Source of the DNA: Phycisphaerales bacterium
Lineage (GTDB): Bacteria > Planctomycetota > Phycisphaerae > Phycisphaerales > UBA1924
Length of the DNA: 64,000 nt
Assembly (NCBI GenBank): GCA_040221175.1
Contig: JAVJVK010000004.1
Location: forward strand, 416,268-480,267
Direction: 5' to 3'
The notes under the pieces were generated by a model, which saw only the letters and a list, made by a program, of their open reading frames with translations, made no database searches and was not told the origin of the DNA. Made by a program: the position numbers and the translations under genes. The number at the start of each line of letters is the position of its first letter. Position 1 is the stretch's first letter. This document shows positions 9,222 through 18,435 of the stretch, piece after piece.

Positions 9222-11201
9222 GTGCCCGACCAACGAAACTCGAAGCACGGTAACGACCAATCTCAAGACGACTGGCCCATGCCTGTCGGCAGCGGCCCCG
9301 CCCCGTCCGATCGGACGCTGGGAGAGGACGCCCGACGCCGGCGGGCCGACGAACTGCTGGTGCAGGCGGCCGAGGGCTCGCTGACGACCGAGTTCTACTC
9401 GCCGGTGCCGCCGGGGTACCGTCGCGGGCGAACCAAGTACGTCGCGGTGCTGGGCACGGTGATGAGCGGGCTGGGCAAGGGCATCTTTGCCGCCAGCGGC
9501 GCCAAGCTGCTCAAGGACAAGGGCCTGGTCGTCGCCCCCATCAAGATGGAGGGCTACCTCAACATCGACTCGGGCACGCTGAACCCCTATCGCCATGGCG
9601 AGGTGTTCGTGCTCGACGACGGCACCGAGTGCGACATGGACCTGGGGACGTACGAGCGCATGCTTGCGCAGAACCTGAGCCGGAGGAACTTCACGACCTC
9701 AGGCCAGATCTTCAGCGAAGTGCTCGAACGCGAGCGGCTGGGCGATTACCTGGGCCGCGACGTGCAGATGATCCCCCACGTCACCGGTGAGGTGAAGCGC
9801 AAGCTCCGCGAACTGGCGATGTACGGCGACGGCTCGGGCCGGCCGGCGGACGTGGTGTTCGTCGAGGTTGGCGGCACCGTCGGCGACTACGAGAACGGAT
9901 TCTACATCGAGGCCCTGCGTGAGCTGGCGTTCGAGGAGGGGCCGCGGTCGGTCTGCTTCGTCGCCCTTACGTACGTCATCGAGGCCCGGGTGCTGGGCGA
10001 GCAGAAGAGCAAGGCGGCCCAGCTTGGCATCCAGCGGCTCATGGAAGCGGGCATCCAGCCCCACATGATCGCCTGCCGCTGCGACAACCCGGTGACGGGC
10101 CAGGCGATGCAGAAGATCGCGATGTACAGCAACGTTCCGATGCGGCGCGTCTTCAGCATGCACGACCGCGAGAGCATCTACCTGATCCCCGAGGAGATGC
10201 GTCGCGACGGGCTCGATCGCGAGATCCTCAGCGTGCTCGACCTGCACGACCGGGTGGACATGGGTCAGGAGGACCGCGAGCGCGAACGCTGGCGCTCGTT
10301 CGTGCGCGGCCTGACCAGCGAACCCGAGCACCGCATCCGTATCGCCCTGGCGGGCAAGTACACCGACTTGGGCGATGCGTACGCCTCGATCGACAAGGCC
10401 ATCGAGCACTGCGCCGCAAACCTGCACGCCGACATCGAGGTCGAACGATTCGACACGACCGACCTGACCGAATCTCGCATCGCCGATGAACTGTCGCGCG
10501 TCGATGCGGTGATCGTGCCGGGCGGATTCGGCGCCCGCGGCGTCGAGGGGAAGCTGGCCGTCGTCAAGCATTGCCGCGAGACCGGCCTGCCGTACCTGGG
10601 CATCTGCTTGGGCTTCCAGGTCGCGGTGATCGAGTACGCACGCAACGTACTGGGCCTGACCGATGCCGCGTCGACCGAGTTCGATCCCGACTCGCCCAAC
10701 CCGGTCATCAGCGAACTGCCCGAGCAGAAGAAGATCGAGGGCCTGGGCGGATCGATGCGTCTGGGCGCTCAGGACGTAGCGCTCACCCCCGACACGCTCG
10801 CCAGCTTCCTGTTCTCCGGGCGCACGACCGAGCGCGAGCGGTTCCGTCATCGCTACGAGGTCGATCCGGGGTACATTGATCGCCTGACCGAGGCGGGGCT
10901 CATCTTCAGCGGCCGCCACCCGACCCAGCCCATCATGCAGGTGCTCGAGCTTCCGCAGCCCGGGCACGATGAGGACTACGACGGCCCGACCCACCCCTAC
11001 TTCGTCGCCGGCCAGTTCCACCCCGAGCTTACAAGTCGGCCGCTGGAGCCCCAGCCGATGTTTATGGGCCTGTGCGCCGCGGCCATTGCCCGGCGCGTTG
11101 CCTCGGGCCCACGCCCGGGCGAACCAGAGGGGCCCAAGGAAATCTCCGCACTGGTGCGGCGATGGTTGCGAACGCCGCGCAAGCGCACGCAGCCGGTCTG
11201 A
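9222..11201 (+). CDS. pyrG: CTP synthase (with an N-terminal extension)
   Basis: Synthetase-domain P-loop 'KYVAVLGTVMSGLGKGI' and 'DSGTLNPYRHGEVFVLDDGTECDMDLGTYER'. Glutaminase domain 'PYLGICLGFQV' and 'GQFHPEL'. The GTG start at 9222 leaves about 70 residues ahead of the conserved core, so an internal start is possible. Confidence 0.88.
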   Translation: MPDQRNSKHGNDQSQDDWPMPVGSGPAPSDRTLGEDARRRRADELLVQAAEGSLTTEFYSPVPPGYRRGRTKYVAVLGTVMSGLGKGIFAASGAKLLKDKGLVVAPIKMEGYLNIDSGTLNPYRHGEVFVLDDGTECDMDLGTYERMLAQNLSRRNFTTSGQIFSEVLERERLGDYLGRDVQMIPHVTGEVKRKLRELAMYGDGSGRPADVVFVEVGGTVGDYENGFYIEALRELAFEEGPRSVCFVALTYVIEARVLGEQKSKAAQLGIQRLMEAGIQPHMIACRCDNPVTGQAMQKIAMYSNVPMRRVFSMHDRESIYLIPEEMRRDGLDREILSVLDLHDRVDMGQEDRERERWRSFVRGLTSEPEHRIRIALAGKYTDLGDAYASIDKAIEHCAANLHADIEVERFDTTDLTESRIADELSRVDAVIVPGGFGARGVEGKLAVVKHCRETGLPYLGICLGFQVAVIEYARNVLGLTDAASTEFDPDSPNPVISELPEQKKIEGLGGSMRLGAQDVALTPDTLASFLFSGRTTERERFRHRYEVDPGYIDRLTEAGLIFSGRHPTQPIMQVLELPQPGHDEDYDGPTHPYFVAGQFHPELTSRPLEPQPMFMGLCAAAIARRVASGPRPGEPEGPKEISALVRRWLRTPRKRTQPV

Positions 11202-11855
11202 TCACCCTACTCGCAACGTGCGCATTTCGAGCGAACGCAGCGACGCAAGAAGAATGAGGCGAGCGAAGCGCCCCGGGCGACCGGTGGCGACCTGGGCGTT
11301 GTGCACGAGCCCCTGCGCATAGAGATCGGCCTCAGAGTCTCCCTGCACGGCAAGGGACACGAACGCATTGACGCCCCACGGGTGGGCGGTGGCGTTGTCG
11401 GGCTGGAGTTCGGCGACGCACCAGCGTGCCGCCGCCTCGGCTCGCTGCGTGAGGGTCGGTTCGCCCCGCCGGCCCCCCAGCGTCCATAGCGCCTGGATCG
11501 CCGCCAGCTCGCGCTCGGTCCAGACCTCGATGGCCACCTCGCCGCGCTCGGGCGCCTGGGCGTCCTGCAGCGGTCCGGCGTCCGAGAACGAACCGGGAAC
11601 CTCCCCGCCAGTTGCCAGGGCGTACCACAGTTCGACGTCCAGCCCCCCGCCGCTGATCGGCTCGCACGGCCCATTTGTCAGCCAGGCCAGCAGAGGCCGA
11701 TCGACCTTCCGGCGATGCCCGGATTCATCGGCGAAGTTGCCCGGATCGATTCCGGCGAGTGGCTCGGGGCCGACGATGGCCCGGAGACGGACGATCCAGC
11801 GATCGAGTGGTTGTACGGGCGGCGTGGCCATCGTGTCGTCCTGTAACCGGCGCAA
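11202..11855 (-). CDS. Hypothetical protein
   Basis: 217-aa ORF convergent with pyrG. The two stop codons abut in TGATCA at 11199-11204. No recognisable motif. The start could also be the Met at 11831. Confidence 0.4.
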   Translation of the reverse strand: MRRLQDDTMATPPVQPLDRWIVRLRAIVGPEPLAGIDPGNFADESGHRRKVDRPLLAWLTNGPCEPISGGGLDVELWYALATGGEVPGSFSDAGPLQDAQAPERGEVAIEVWTERELAAIQALWTLGGRRGEPTLTQRAEAAARWCVAELQPDNATAHPWGVNAFVSLAVQGDSEADLYAQGLVHNAQVATGRPGRFARLILLASLRSLEMRTLRVG

Positions 11856-11897
11856 CCTGCCGGGCGGCGGAAGATCGGGCTATTTGCCGCCCCGTCG

Positions 11898-12482
11898 ATG
11901 GCCGATAGCCGGGATATGGGCGAGGGCTCCGGGCAACAGTCAAGGCAGGGCGATCGATTCGCGTGGATCGATCCCGGCGTGAGCGTATGGGACCAGTGGG
12001 GCGCCACGCCGCCGCCACCGAAGGTGGGCCCGCGGACGGCCGAGCCGAGCAATGCGCCTCCCGCGACGGAGCATCGCCCAAGGCAAACGGCCGACCCGGC
12101 CCCCGATGTCGCCCAAGACCAAGCCAGCGAGCCCAAGTCGGGTACCGAGGCCATCGGGGGAACCGAGGGCGCCCCGACGTTCCATCAGTTCGACGCCGAG
12201 CTCGACGTAGCCGAACTGGACGATCGGCTCCGGCCGGCGACGACGTGGTCGGCCCGGGCAACGTCGGTGAACCGATCGAGCCTGACTTTTCGGTCTCGGC
12301 GGATGTGCTACGCCAAGAAGCTGTTGATGGTCGCCGTCCACCTGATCGACGACACGCCGGCGATCCTGGCCGGCCGGGTCACGGCTTGCGACTACGAGGG
12401 CGAGGGGCTCTATGCGGTCAGCATGGAACTGATGCCCCGCCCCACCAGCGAAGAGATCCGCCAGTGGATCGCCCAGCGATAG
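11898..12482 (+). CDS. Hypothetical protein (disordered Pro-rich N-terminal half, small beta-rich C-terminal domain)
   Basis: 194-aa ORF. The C-terminal ~70 aa ('LLMVAVHLIDDTPAILAGRVTACDYEGEGLYAVSMELMP') loosely resemble a PilZ-type barrel. I do not see the RxxxR / DxSxxG c-di-GMP-binding motifs. Confidence 0.4.
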   Translation: MADSRDMGEGSGQQSRQGDRFAWIDPGVSVWDQWGATPPPPKVGPRTAEPSNAPPATEHRPRQTADPAPDVAQDQASEPKSGTEAIGGTEGAPTFHQFDAELDVAELDDRLRPATTWSARATSVNRSSLTFRSRRMCYAKKLLMVAVHLIDDTPAILAGRVTACDYEGEGLYAVSMELMPRPTSEEIRQWIAQR

Positions 12483-12520
12483 CCGCTTGACCTTCGCGTT
12501 CGGCCGCCGAATGCTGCGCC

Positions 12521-13405
12521 ATGCGGATCATCCGTTCGGCCGATGAGCTTGCCGAGTATCACCACCAGTTTCCGCTCGCCCCCGGCGGCGTGCTGGTTCC
12601 CACCATGGGCGCTCTGCACGCGGGCCACGTTGCATTGATCCGCCAGGGAGCCGAGGAGGCCCAGCGACGGGGGCTCGCCGCGGGCTGCGTGGTCACGGTG
12701 TTCGTCAATCCGACGCAGTTCGACGAAGCCCATGACTTCGAGCGCTACCCCAGGGTGCTCGAGGCCGATGCGGCCGCGTGCGAGGCGGCCGGCGCCAGCA
12801 CGGTCATCGCCCCCACGGTGGAGATGGTGTATCCCCACGGCGTCGAAGCGCTCGGGCCAAAGGTGCCGGCCGTCGCGGTGGACAAGGGGCTCGAAGATCG
12901 CTTCCGTCCGGGTCACTTCGTGGGCGTGGCGAAGGTGCTGGTCCGGCTGTTCGATCTCGCACGGCCGGCGGCGGCGGTGTTTGGCGAGAAGGACTGGCAG
13001 CAACTCCAGCTCGCGCGAGCCCTGGTGGAGCAGGAAGGGCTGGGCATCGAGATCCTCGGCGGGCCAACCGTGCGAGACGATGACGGGCTGGCGCTGAGCA
13101 GCCGGAACCGATTCCTGGACGCTGACGAGCGAGCCGCGGCCCTGGCGATTCCCCGAGCGTTGCGGGCGGCCTCGCAGGCGCAGACTGCGGGGCTGGCCGA
13201 AGCGGCGATGCGGACGGTGCTGGAGGGCCTTCGCATCGAGTACGCCACGATCCGAGACGCCCGAAGCCTTGAATCAGTCGCCCCCGCGTCGCGGCCAAGC
13301 GACGGCGAGTTTCGGGCCCTGATCACCTGCCGGCTCGGCCAGACGCGGCTGTTGGACAACGCGGCCTGGCCGCTGCCAGCCGATTCTCCCTTGCACGGCT
13401 TCTAA
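12521..13405 (+). CDS. panC: Pantoate--beta-alanine ligase
   Basis: 'VPTMGALHAGHVALI' (HIGH-type motif), 'VFVNPTQF', 'FGEKDWQQ' and 'REDDGLALSSRN'-like 'VRDDDGLALSSRNRFL'. Confidence 0.9.
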   Translation: MRIIRSADELAEYHHQFPLAPGGVLVPTMGALHAGHVALIRQGAEEAQRRGLAAGCVVTVFVNPTQFDEAHDFERYPRVLEADAAACEAAGASTVIAPTVEMVYPHGVEALGPKVPAVAVDKGLEDRFRPGHFVGVAKVLVRLFDLARPAAAVFGEKDWQQLQLARALVEQEGLGIEILGGPTVRDDDGLALSSRNRFLDADERAAALAIPRALRAASQAQTAGLAEAAMRTVLEGLRIEYATIRDARSLESVAPASRPSDGEFRALITCRLGQTRLLDNAAWPLPADSPLHGF

Positions 13406-13492
13406 GCGGACGAGACAGCCGCTAAACTAGCGGTTTGACGCCCATTCGGTGCGTCTGGTGTTCGTTCTGGCATTTGCGAATCGGAGGCCGCC

Positions 13493-14620
13493 TTGCTCAA
13501 GACCCCGCTCCACAAGCTCCACCTCGAACACGGCGGCAAGATGGTCGAGTACGCCGGGTGGGAGATGCCCATCAGCTATGGCTCGGTGCAGGAAGAGCAC
13601 GTGCAGGTGCGCACGAGCGGGGGCATGTTTGACGTCTCGCACATGGGGCGGCTGAAGATCACCGGTCGCCACGCCCGCCGGCTGCTTGGCCGCGTGTGCT
13701 CGCGACGCATCGGCGACATGCAGCAGGGCCAGTGCCGCTACGGCCTGATCCTCAACGAGCAGGGCGGGGTGAAGGACGACGTGCTGGTGTATCGCATGGA
13801 CGACACCGAGTTTCTGGTGGTTGTCAACGCGGCCAACCGGGACAAGATCGTCGAGCACCTGAACACGGTCATCGCCCAGGACGAGCTGGTCGTCAAGATG
13901 GACGACCAGACCACCAAGACGGCCATGGTCGCCATCCAGGGCCCCAAGGTGATGGATCTTGTCAGCCGCGTCAGCAGCGAGGTGCCCACGCTCAAGCGGT
14001 ACCGCTTCACGGTCAAGAACCTGCTGATCGCCAAGCTGCTGGTCTCGCGCACGGGCTACACGGGCGAGGACGGCGTGGAGGTCATCCTGCCGGCAAGCAT
14101 CGTTGACATGGCCCTCAAGCTGCTGCTCAAGGACGTCGACCTGGACGCCGAGCAGAGCGATATGAAGCTCATCGGCCTGGGCGCCCGCGACACGCTGCGA
14201 CTCGAGGCGGGCATGCCGCTGTACGGCCACGAGTTGGGCGAAGACATCAACGCCCTGTCGTGCGGCGTCGACTTTGCCATCAAGATGGACAAGGACGAGG
14301 GCGACATGCCCGAGCCGTTCATCGGGCAGGAGGCGCTCAGGAAGACCATCGCCGAGGGAGGCCCCGCCCGCACGCTGGCGGCCTTCGTCGTCGAGGGCAA
14401 GCGCACGCCGCGGCAGGGCATGGCCATCAAGGCCGGCGGCAAGGAAATCGGCACGGTCACCAGCGGATGCACCAGCCCGACGCTGGGCATGCCCATCGCC
14501 ATGGGCATCATCGACAAGGACGCCAACCAGCCGGGCGCCAAGGTCACCATCGACACGGGCCGGGCCGAACTCGAGGCGGAGGTCCGCGCGAACCCGCTGT
14601 ACAAGAAGCCCAAGGCTTAG
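13493..14620 (+). CDS. gcvT: Glycine cleavage system aminomethyltransferase (T protein)
   Basis: 'LKTPLHKLHLEHGGKMVEYAGWEMPISYGS', 'GMFDVSHMGRLKITG', 'SRTGYTGEDGVEV' and 'GLGARDTLRLEAGMPLYGHEL'. TTG start at 13493, preceded by GGAGG at 13481-13485. Confidence 0.9.
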   Translation: MLKTPLHKLHLEHGGKMVEYAGWEMPISYGSVQEEHVQVRTSGGMFDVSHMGRLKITGRHARRLLGRVCSRRIGDMQQGQCRYGLILNEQGGVKDDVLVYRMDDTEFLVVVNAANRDKIVEHLNTVIAQDELVVKMDDQTTKTAMVAIQGPKVMDLVSRVSSEVPTLKRYRFTVKNLLIAKLLVSRTGYTGEDGVEVILPASIVDMALKLLLKDVDLDAEQSDMKLIGLGARDTLRLEAGMPLYGHELGEDINALSCGVDFAIKMDKDEGDMPEPFIGQEALRKTIAEGGPARTLAAFVVEGKRTPRQGMAIKAGGKEIGTVTSGCTSPTLGMPIAMGIIDKDANQPGAKVTIDTGRAELEAEVRANPLYKKPKA

Positions 14621-15021
14621 GCAATCACGCGCTCGCCGATGAGCACGCCACAAGCAACGGCCGCGAACCCGAGCACGAGGTGCAGTGCGACAGAAGCCAG
14701 CGCCACGCCGGCCCGGCCCTCGCGCCAGAGCATGAACGTCTCGACACCGAAGGTGCTGTAGGTCGTAAACGCTCCCAGCGCCCCCACCACCACGAGCAGG
14801 CGCAGGTGGTGCGGCGCGCCGTCGCCCTCTCGCGCGAGCAGCCAGGGAAGCACCAGGCCGATGGCAAGGCAGCCGGCGATGTTGACCGCCAGCGTCGCGG
14901 CTGGCAATGCGAGGGGGTGCTCCTTGAGCATCGCCAGGGCCGTGCGCCCCACGCCGTAGCGCGTCGAGGCGCCCAGGGCGCCACCCAGCGCAACGGCGAG
15001 GATGTCGAGAAAGACCTTCAC
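14617..15021 (-). CDS. crcB: Fluoride ion channel CrcB/FluC
   Basis: C-terminal 134 codons of track ORF 14617..15183: 'VKVFLDILAVALGGALGASTRY...TLAVNIAGCLAIG...VGALGAFTTYSTF', the typical CrcB pattern. GTG start at 15021. The region upstream of that is Pro/Arg-rich and not CrcB-like. Confidence 0.8.
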   Translation of the reverse strand: MKVFLDILAVALGGALGASTRYGVGRTALAMLKEHPLALPAATLAVNIAGCLAIGLVLPWLLAREGDGAPHHLRLLVVVGALGAFTTYSTFGVETFMLWREGRAGVALASVALHLVLGFAAVACGVLIGERVIA

Positions 15022-15031
15022 CGGCACTCGC

Positions 15032-15904
15032 TCACCGGGGCTGGCGCGCGGGGGTGTCGCCAGGGCTTTGGGCCGGCGCGGCGGGGCCCGAGCGGTCGGG
15101 CACGGCCAGCGGATCGTCGCCGGGCAGGTCGGGGAAGAAGCCTTCGGGGACGTCGGCCGGCTCGAAGCGCAGCCAGTCGACACCTATTTCGGCCTCGACC
15201 TGCGGGGCCAGGAAGGGCGGGTGGTCGAAGGGCCCACGCTCCAGGCGATCGGGATTGAAGCGAACCGCCGGGCGGAGGTGCACCCGGGCCATCCAGCCCT
15301 GATCGGCGCCGGCCGCGGCCATGCGCCGGCCCACGCGGCCGGGCACGCTGACCTCCATGGGCGGGCTGAGCGGCGCGCCGGTGGCGGCGTCGTAGAGCTG
15401 AAGCGAAGCGGTCGCCCGGGCGGCCGAAGACCCGCTAGCGGGCAGGTCCACGGCCAGGACGCGCACGAGCCAGTCCTTCTCGCCGTCCAGCACCCGGTTC
15501 ATGGTGTCGACCCAGTCGCGGGCGGCCTGGCGATACGCCGCCCGGTCGTCCTCGCGTGCGCGGGGCATCGAGGCGAGTTCGAGGCGGGCCCGGCGCCGCA
15601 GGGTCTGCATGGCCGCCAGGGGCGAGGCCATCGGGTCGGCCGGCTCGGCCAGCACGGGCGCGGGCGGTGCGTAGCCCAGGTTTCGGAGCATCTCGATGGC
15701 TTCGCCCAATCGTACGCGCATCTCGTCGAACTGCGCGCGCATCTGGTCGAGTTGGTCACGCAGCGCATCGCGCTCGGCCGACAGCGCGTCGACCTGGGCT
15801 TGCAACTCGGCGATGCGGTCGGACGCTGCGCTCCCCTCGCCGTCCTGCGCGCAGAGCGTGGACGCCAGCCCCACGCAGGCCACGACGACGAGGGCCCGCC
15901 TCAC
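15032..15904 (-). CDS. Hypothetical secreted protein with an N-terminal coiled coil
   Basis: Last 290 codons of track ORF 15032..17281. A GTG at 15904 overlaps the hmgA stop (GTGA). Signal-like 'RRALVVVACVGLASTLCAQ' is followed by the heptad-rich 'IAELQAQVDALSAERDALRDQLDQMRAQFDEMRVRL'. The part of the track ORF upstream of this lies in another frame of hmgA. Confidence 0.5.
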   Translation of the reverse strand: MRRALVVVACVGLASTLCAQDGEGSAASDRIAELQAQVDALSAERDALRDQLDQMRAQFDEMRVRLGEAIEMLRNLGYAPPAPVLAEPADPMASPLAAMQTLRRRARLELASMPRAREDDRAAYRQAARDWVDTMNRVLDGEKDWLVRVLAVDLPASGSSAARATASLQLYDAATGAPLSPPMEVSVPGRVGRRMAAAGADQGWMARVHLRPAVRFNPDRLERGPFDHPPFLAPQVEAEIGVDWLRFEPADVPEGFFPDLPGDDPLAVPDRSGPAAPAQSPGDTPARQPR

Positions 15905-17235
15905 TTCTCGAGCCTCGCCGTCGCGGGGGTGCGACCGCCGGCGGCGCCGCTCGCGCTCCCGTTGGCGCTGCCATTGGCGTTGGCCCCGGGGGCCGGCGCA
16001 TCGATCCAGCTGGCCGGGTAGTCGTGGTCGTCGATCTGGAGCGCCGCCTTGGTGGGGAACATCGGGCGGAACGTGTCGCACATCACCGCCAGCTCGTCGG
16101 TCCACTTGGCGCCCAGGCTCTTCTCGACGGTGCCGGGGTGCGGGCCGTGCGGAATGCCCTGGGGGTGCAGCGTGATCGAGCCCTGCTCGATACCGCGCCG
16201 CGCCTTGTAGTTGCCCTCGACGTAGTACAGGATCTCGTCGCTGTCCAGGTTGCTGTGGTTGTAAGGAACCGGAATGGCCTCTGGGTGGAAGTCCAGGGCC
16301 CTGGGGCAGAACGAGCAGATGACGAAGTTGTGCCCCTCGAAGGTCTGGTGGATGGGCGGGGGCATGTGCAACTGCCCCGTGATCGGCGCGAAGTCGTCGA
16401 TGTTGAAGATGTAGGGATAATAGCAGCCGTCCCAGCCGACGATGTCGCACGGGTGGTACTTGTACTGGTACGAGTGCACGCTGTCGCGGCTCTTGATGCG
16501 CACCTCGTAGTCGCCCAGTTCGTCGGTAAAGAGCGGGTGCTCGTCGTCGGCGATGGGCAGCACCAGGTCGCGCTCGCAATACGGCGCGTGCTCCAGGAAC
16601 TGGCTTGTCTTCTTGCTGAGGTAGCGCGGCGGCGGCAGGATGTGGCTGGCGTTGGCCGTCTCGAAGAGCACGAACTTGCCGAAGGGCATCTCGGCCTTGG
16701 CGTGGCCGCCGAACTTCTCTTCGTCGCCGCCGGCGTCGGGCCGCTCGTCCCATTCCATGTGGTAGATGATGCCCTTGGGGATCACGATGTAGTCCTTGGG
16801 GCCGAACTTGAGCGTGCCCATGAACGTGCGGACCGTGCCCGAGCCGAAGTGCACGAAGAAGCACTCGTCGCCCTGACCGTTCTTGAAGTGGTACTGCATC
16901 CGCTCGGCCGGGTTGCACACGGCCATCTCGACGTCGCTGTTGCCAAAGAGCACGACGCGGCCGGTCACGCTGTCGCCCCTGGGCGGGGTGAACTGCCCGC
17001 CCGTGCGCAGGTGGCGCATGCGCATCGTGTCCATCTCGACGTACTCGGGCTTGGTCGAGTAGAGGTTGGTCCACCCGGTCACCTGGGTGGGCGGATGGAT
17101 GTGGTACATCGTGCTGGTGGGCCCGACGAAGCCCTCGGTGCCGAAGAGTTCTTCGCTGTAGAGCTTGCCATCGGGACGGCGGAACTGGGTGTGCCGCTTC
17201 TTGGGGAGGGTGCCGAGCTTGGTGTAATAGGGCAT
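15901..17235 (-). CDS. hmgA: Homogentisate 1,2-dioxygenase
   Basis: From ATG 17235: 'MPYYTKLGTLPKKRHTQFRRPDGKLYSEELFGTEGF...'. Also '...GWDGCYYPYIFNIDDFAPITG..HMPPPIHQTFEG..FVICSFCPR...YNHSNLDSDEILYY..G...ITLHPQGIPHGPHPG', the cupin-type HGD signature. The extra N-terminal 68 codons of the track ORF look like GC-rich read-through. Confidence 0.85.
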   Translation of the reverse strand: MPYYTKLGTLPKKRHTQFRRPDGKLYSEELFGTEGFVGPTSTMYHIHPPTQVTGWTNLYSTKPEYVEMDTMRMRHLRTGGQFTPPRGDSVTGRVVLFGNSDVEMAVCNPAERMQYHFKNGQGDECFFVHFGSGTVRTFMGTLKFGPKDYIVIPKGIIYHMEWDERPDAGGDEEKFGGHAKAEMPFGKFVLFETANASHILPPPRYLSKKTSQFLEHAPYCERDLVLPIADDEHPLFTDELGDYEVRIKSRDSVHSYQYKYHPCDIVGWDGCYYPYIFNIDDFAPITGQLHMPPPIHQTFEGHNFVICSFCPRALDFHPEAIPVPYNHSNLDSDEILYYVEGNYKARRGIEQGSITLHPQGIPHGPHPGTVEKSLGAKWTDELAVMCDTFRPMFPTKAALQIDDHDYPASWIDAPAPGANANGSANGSASGAAGGRTPATARLEK

Positions 17236-17438
17236 GGTTCGGGTTCCCTTCGGGAGGCGTGCGACCAGCCGCACGCCGCAATGGGGCGGTGCTCGCCGCA
17301 CGGATGCTGGCCGCGGGGGCCCTGCTCGTGCGGCGTCTCCGTCCGCTTCATTGTATACGAACCGGGCGGGGATTTGGTCGGACAAGGGGAATGAGCCAGC
17401 GGGCGCGGGTTCGACCCGGCATGGCCCCGAATAGACCA

Positions 17439-18134
17439 TTACTTGTCCTGCAAGACCTCGCCCGCGGGCCTGGTGGCCCGCTCGAAGCGTGGCTCCCAGT
17501 ACTGGTCGATGGTGAAAGGGACGTCGGTTCCGTCCTGGGTGATGAACCGCCCTTCGATGACCAGGCGGAAGGGCTCGTCGCGCGTGATGACGCCGGCAAA
17601 CTCGCCCGAGAAGACGCGCACGGTCGAGCGGATGATGCGGCCGCCCGTGCCGCTGTTGACCGTCTTGATCTCGCGCGCGCCCACGGCGCGAGGCAGCTCC
17701 AATGCCTCGACGGCCGGCTCGATGGCAGCGTCGGCGGCGTCGGGGTTGTACGTCACCTCGATGCGCGTGAACTCGAGCCTGTCCATGTCACCGGCGCTGT
17801 CCGTGGCGTCGAAGCCGATCGCGTAGGGCTTGGTGCTCTTGACGGTGCCGCCGTACAGGCCGCGCAGTTCGGTGTTGGTGTCGATGCGGATGCCCGGCCC
17901 GCTCGAGGGCGGATCAATGCCGCTCAGCCCGCCGCGGCTGCGGCCCTGGTCGAGTTCGAAGGTGACGGTATCGATCTCGAACGTGCCGCCGATGGGCGAT
18001 GGCCCGCCCCCCGGCGGGGCAAGGACGAGCACCGCCACGACGCCGCCGCCAACGGCCAGCAGCAGCACCAGCACGGATACCCCCACGATCAGGCCGACGT
18101 TCACGCTGGACTTCTTCATGCGACGCTCCCCCAA
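17439..18134 (-). CDS. Hypothetical membrane-anchored protein
   Basis: 231-aa ORF with a single N-terminal TM segment 'VNVGLIVGVSVLVLLLAVGGGVVAVLVLA' and a soluble domain with no recognisable motif. The start may be the Met at 18119 (MKKSS). Confidence 0.5.
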   Translation of the reverse strand: MGERRMKKSSVNVGLIVGVSVLVLLLAVGGGVVAVLVLAPPGGGPSPIGGTFEIDTVTFELDQGRSRGGLSGIDPPSSGPGIRIDTNTELRGLYGGTVKSTKPYAIGFDATDSAGDMDRLEFTRIEVTYNPDAADAAIEPAVEALELPRAVGAREIKTVNSGTGGRIIRSTVRVFSGEFAGVITRDEPFRLVIEGRFITQDGTDVPFTIDQYWEPRFERATRPAGEVLQDK

Positions 18135-18435
18135 CCCCCGCGGGCGGGAGGGTATGGGCAGGGAGACCGAACGCGTTCGTGCTGGGTGGGGCTGGGAGGG
18201 CCGTGTGCCTTCACCCCGGCGATACGCCCACGCCCGACGCCTGCACGTGATGGCCCGCCACGACGAACTGCCGGCCCACCATGAACAGTTCGTCCGGCGC
18301 CTTCTCGGGCTGTCTGGTCGTCAAATCGGCCCTGGCGGGGCGTCGGGGCGGTTCCTGTATCCGGACGTAGGGTTTGCTGGGGATTCGCCGCACACCGAGC
18401 CGAAACCGATGGTGATCGAACGCGGAAAGGGAGTC

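Noticed and set aside
13406-13492. Glycine riboswitch upstream of gcvT
   Set aside because: gcvT is a classic glycine-riboswitch target. However, the 87-nt gap lacks the conserved GGAGAG / ACCGAAGGGGCAA-type cores and is too short for a tandem aptamer. Only a small hairpin (CCGCT-aaact-AGCGG, 13419-13433) is present, possibly a weak panC terminator.
15022-15031. Fluoride riboswitch upstream of crcB
   Set aside because: Only 10 nt separate crcB from the preceding gene's stop, so there is no room for an aptamer.
15905-17281. N-terminal 459 codons of track ORF 15032..17281
   Set aside because: This part lies in an alternate frame of hmgA and is Arg/Pro-rich nonsense. Only the last 290 codons, from GTG 15904 with a signal peptide, look like a gene.
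17405-17432. tRNA-like 'GGGTTCGACCCGG' T-arm motif in the hmgA upstream region
   Set aside because: Only a 4-5 bp hairpin can be drawn. The flanks give no acceptor, D or anticodon arms.
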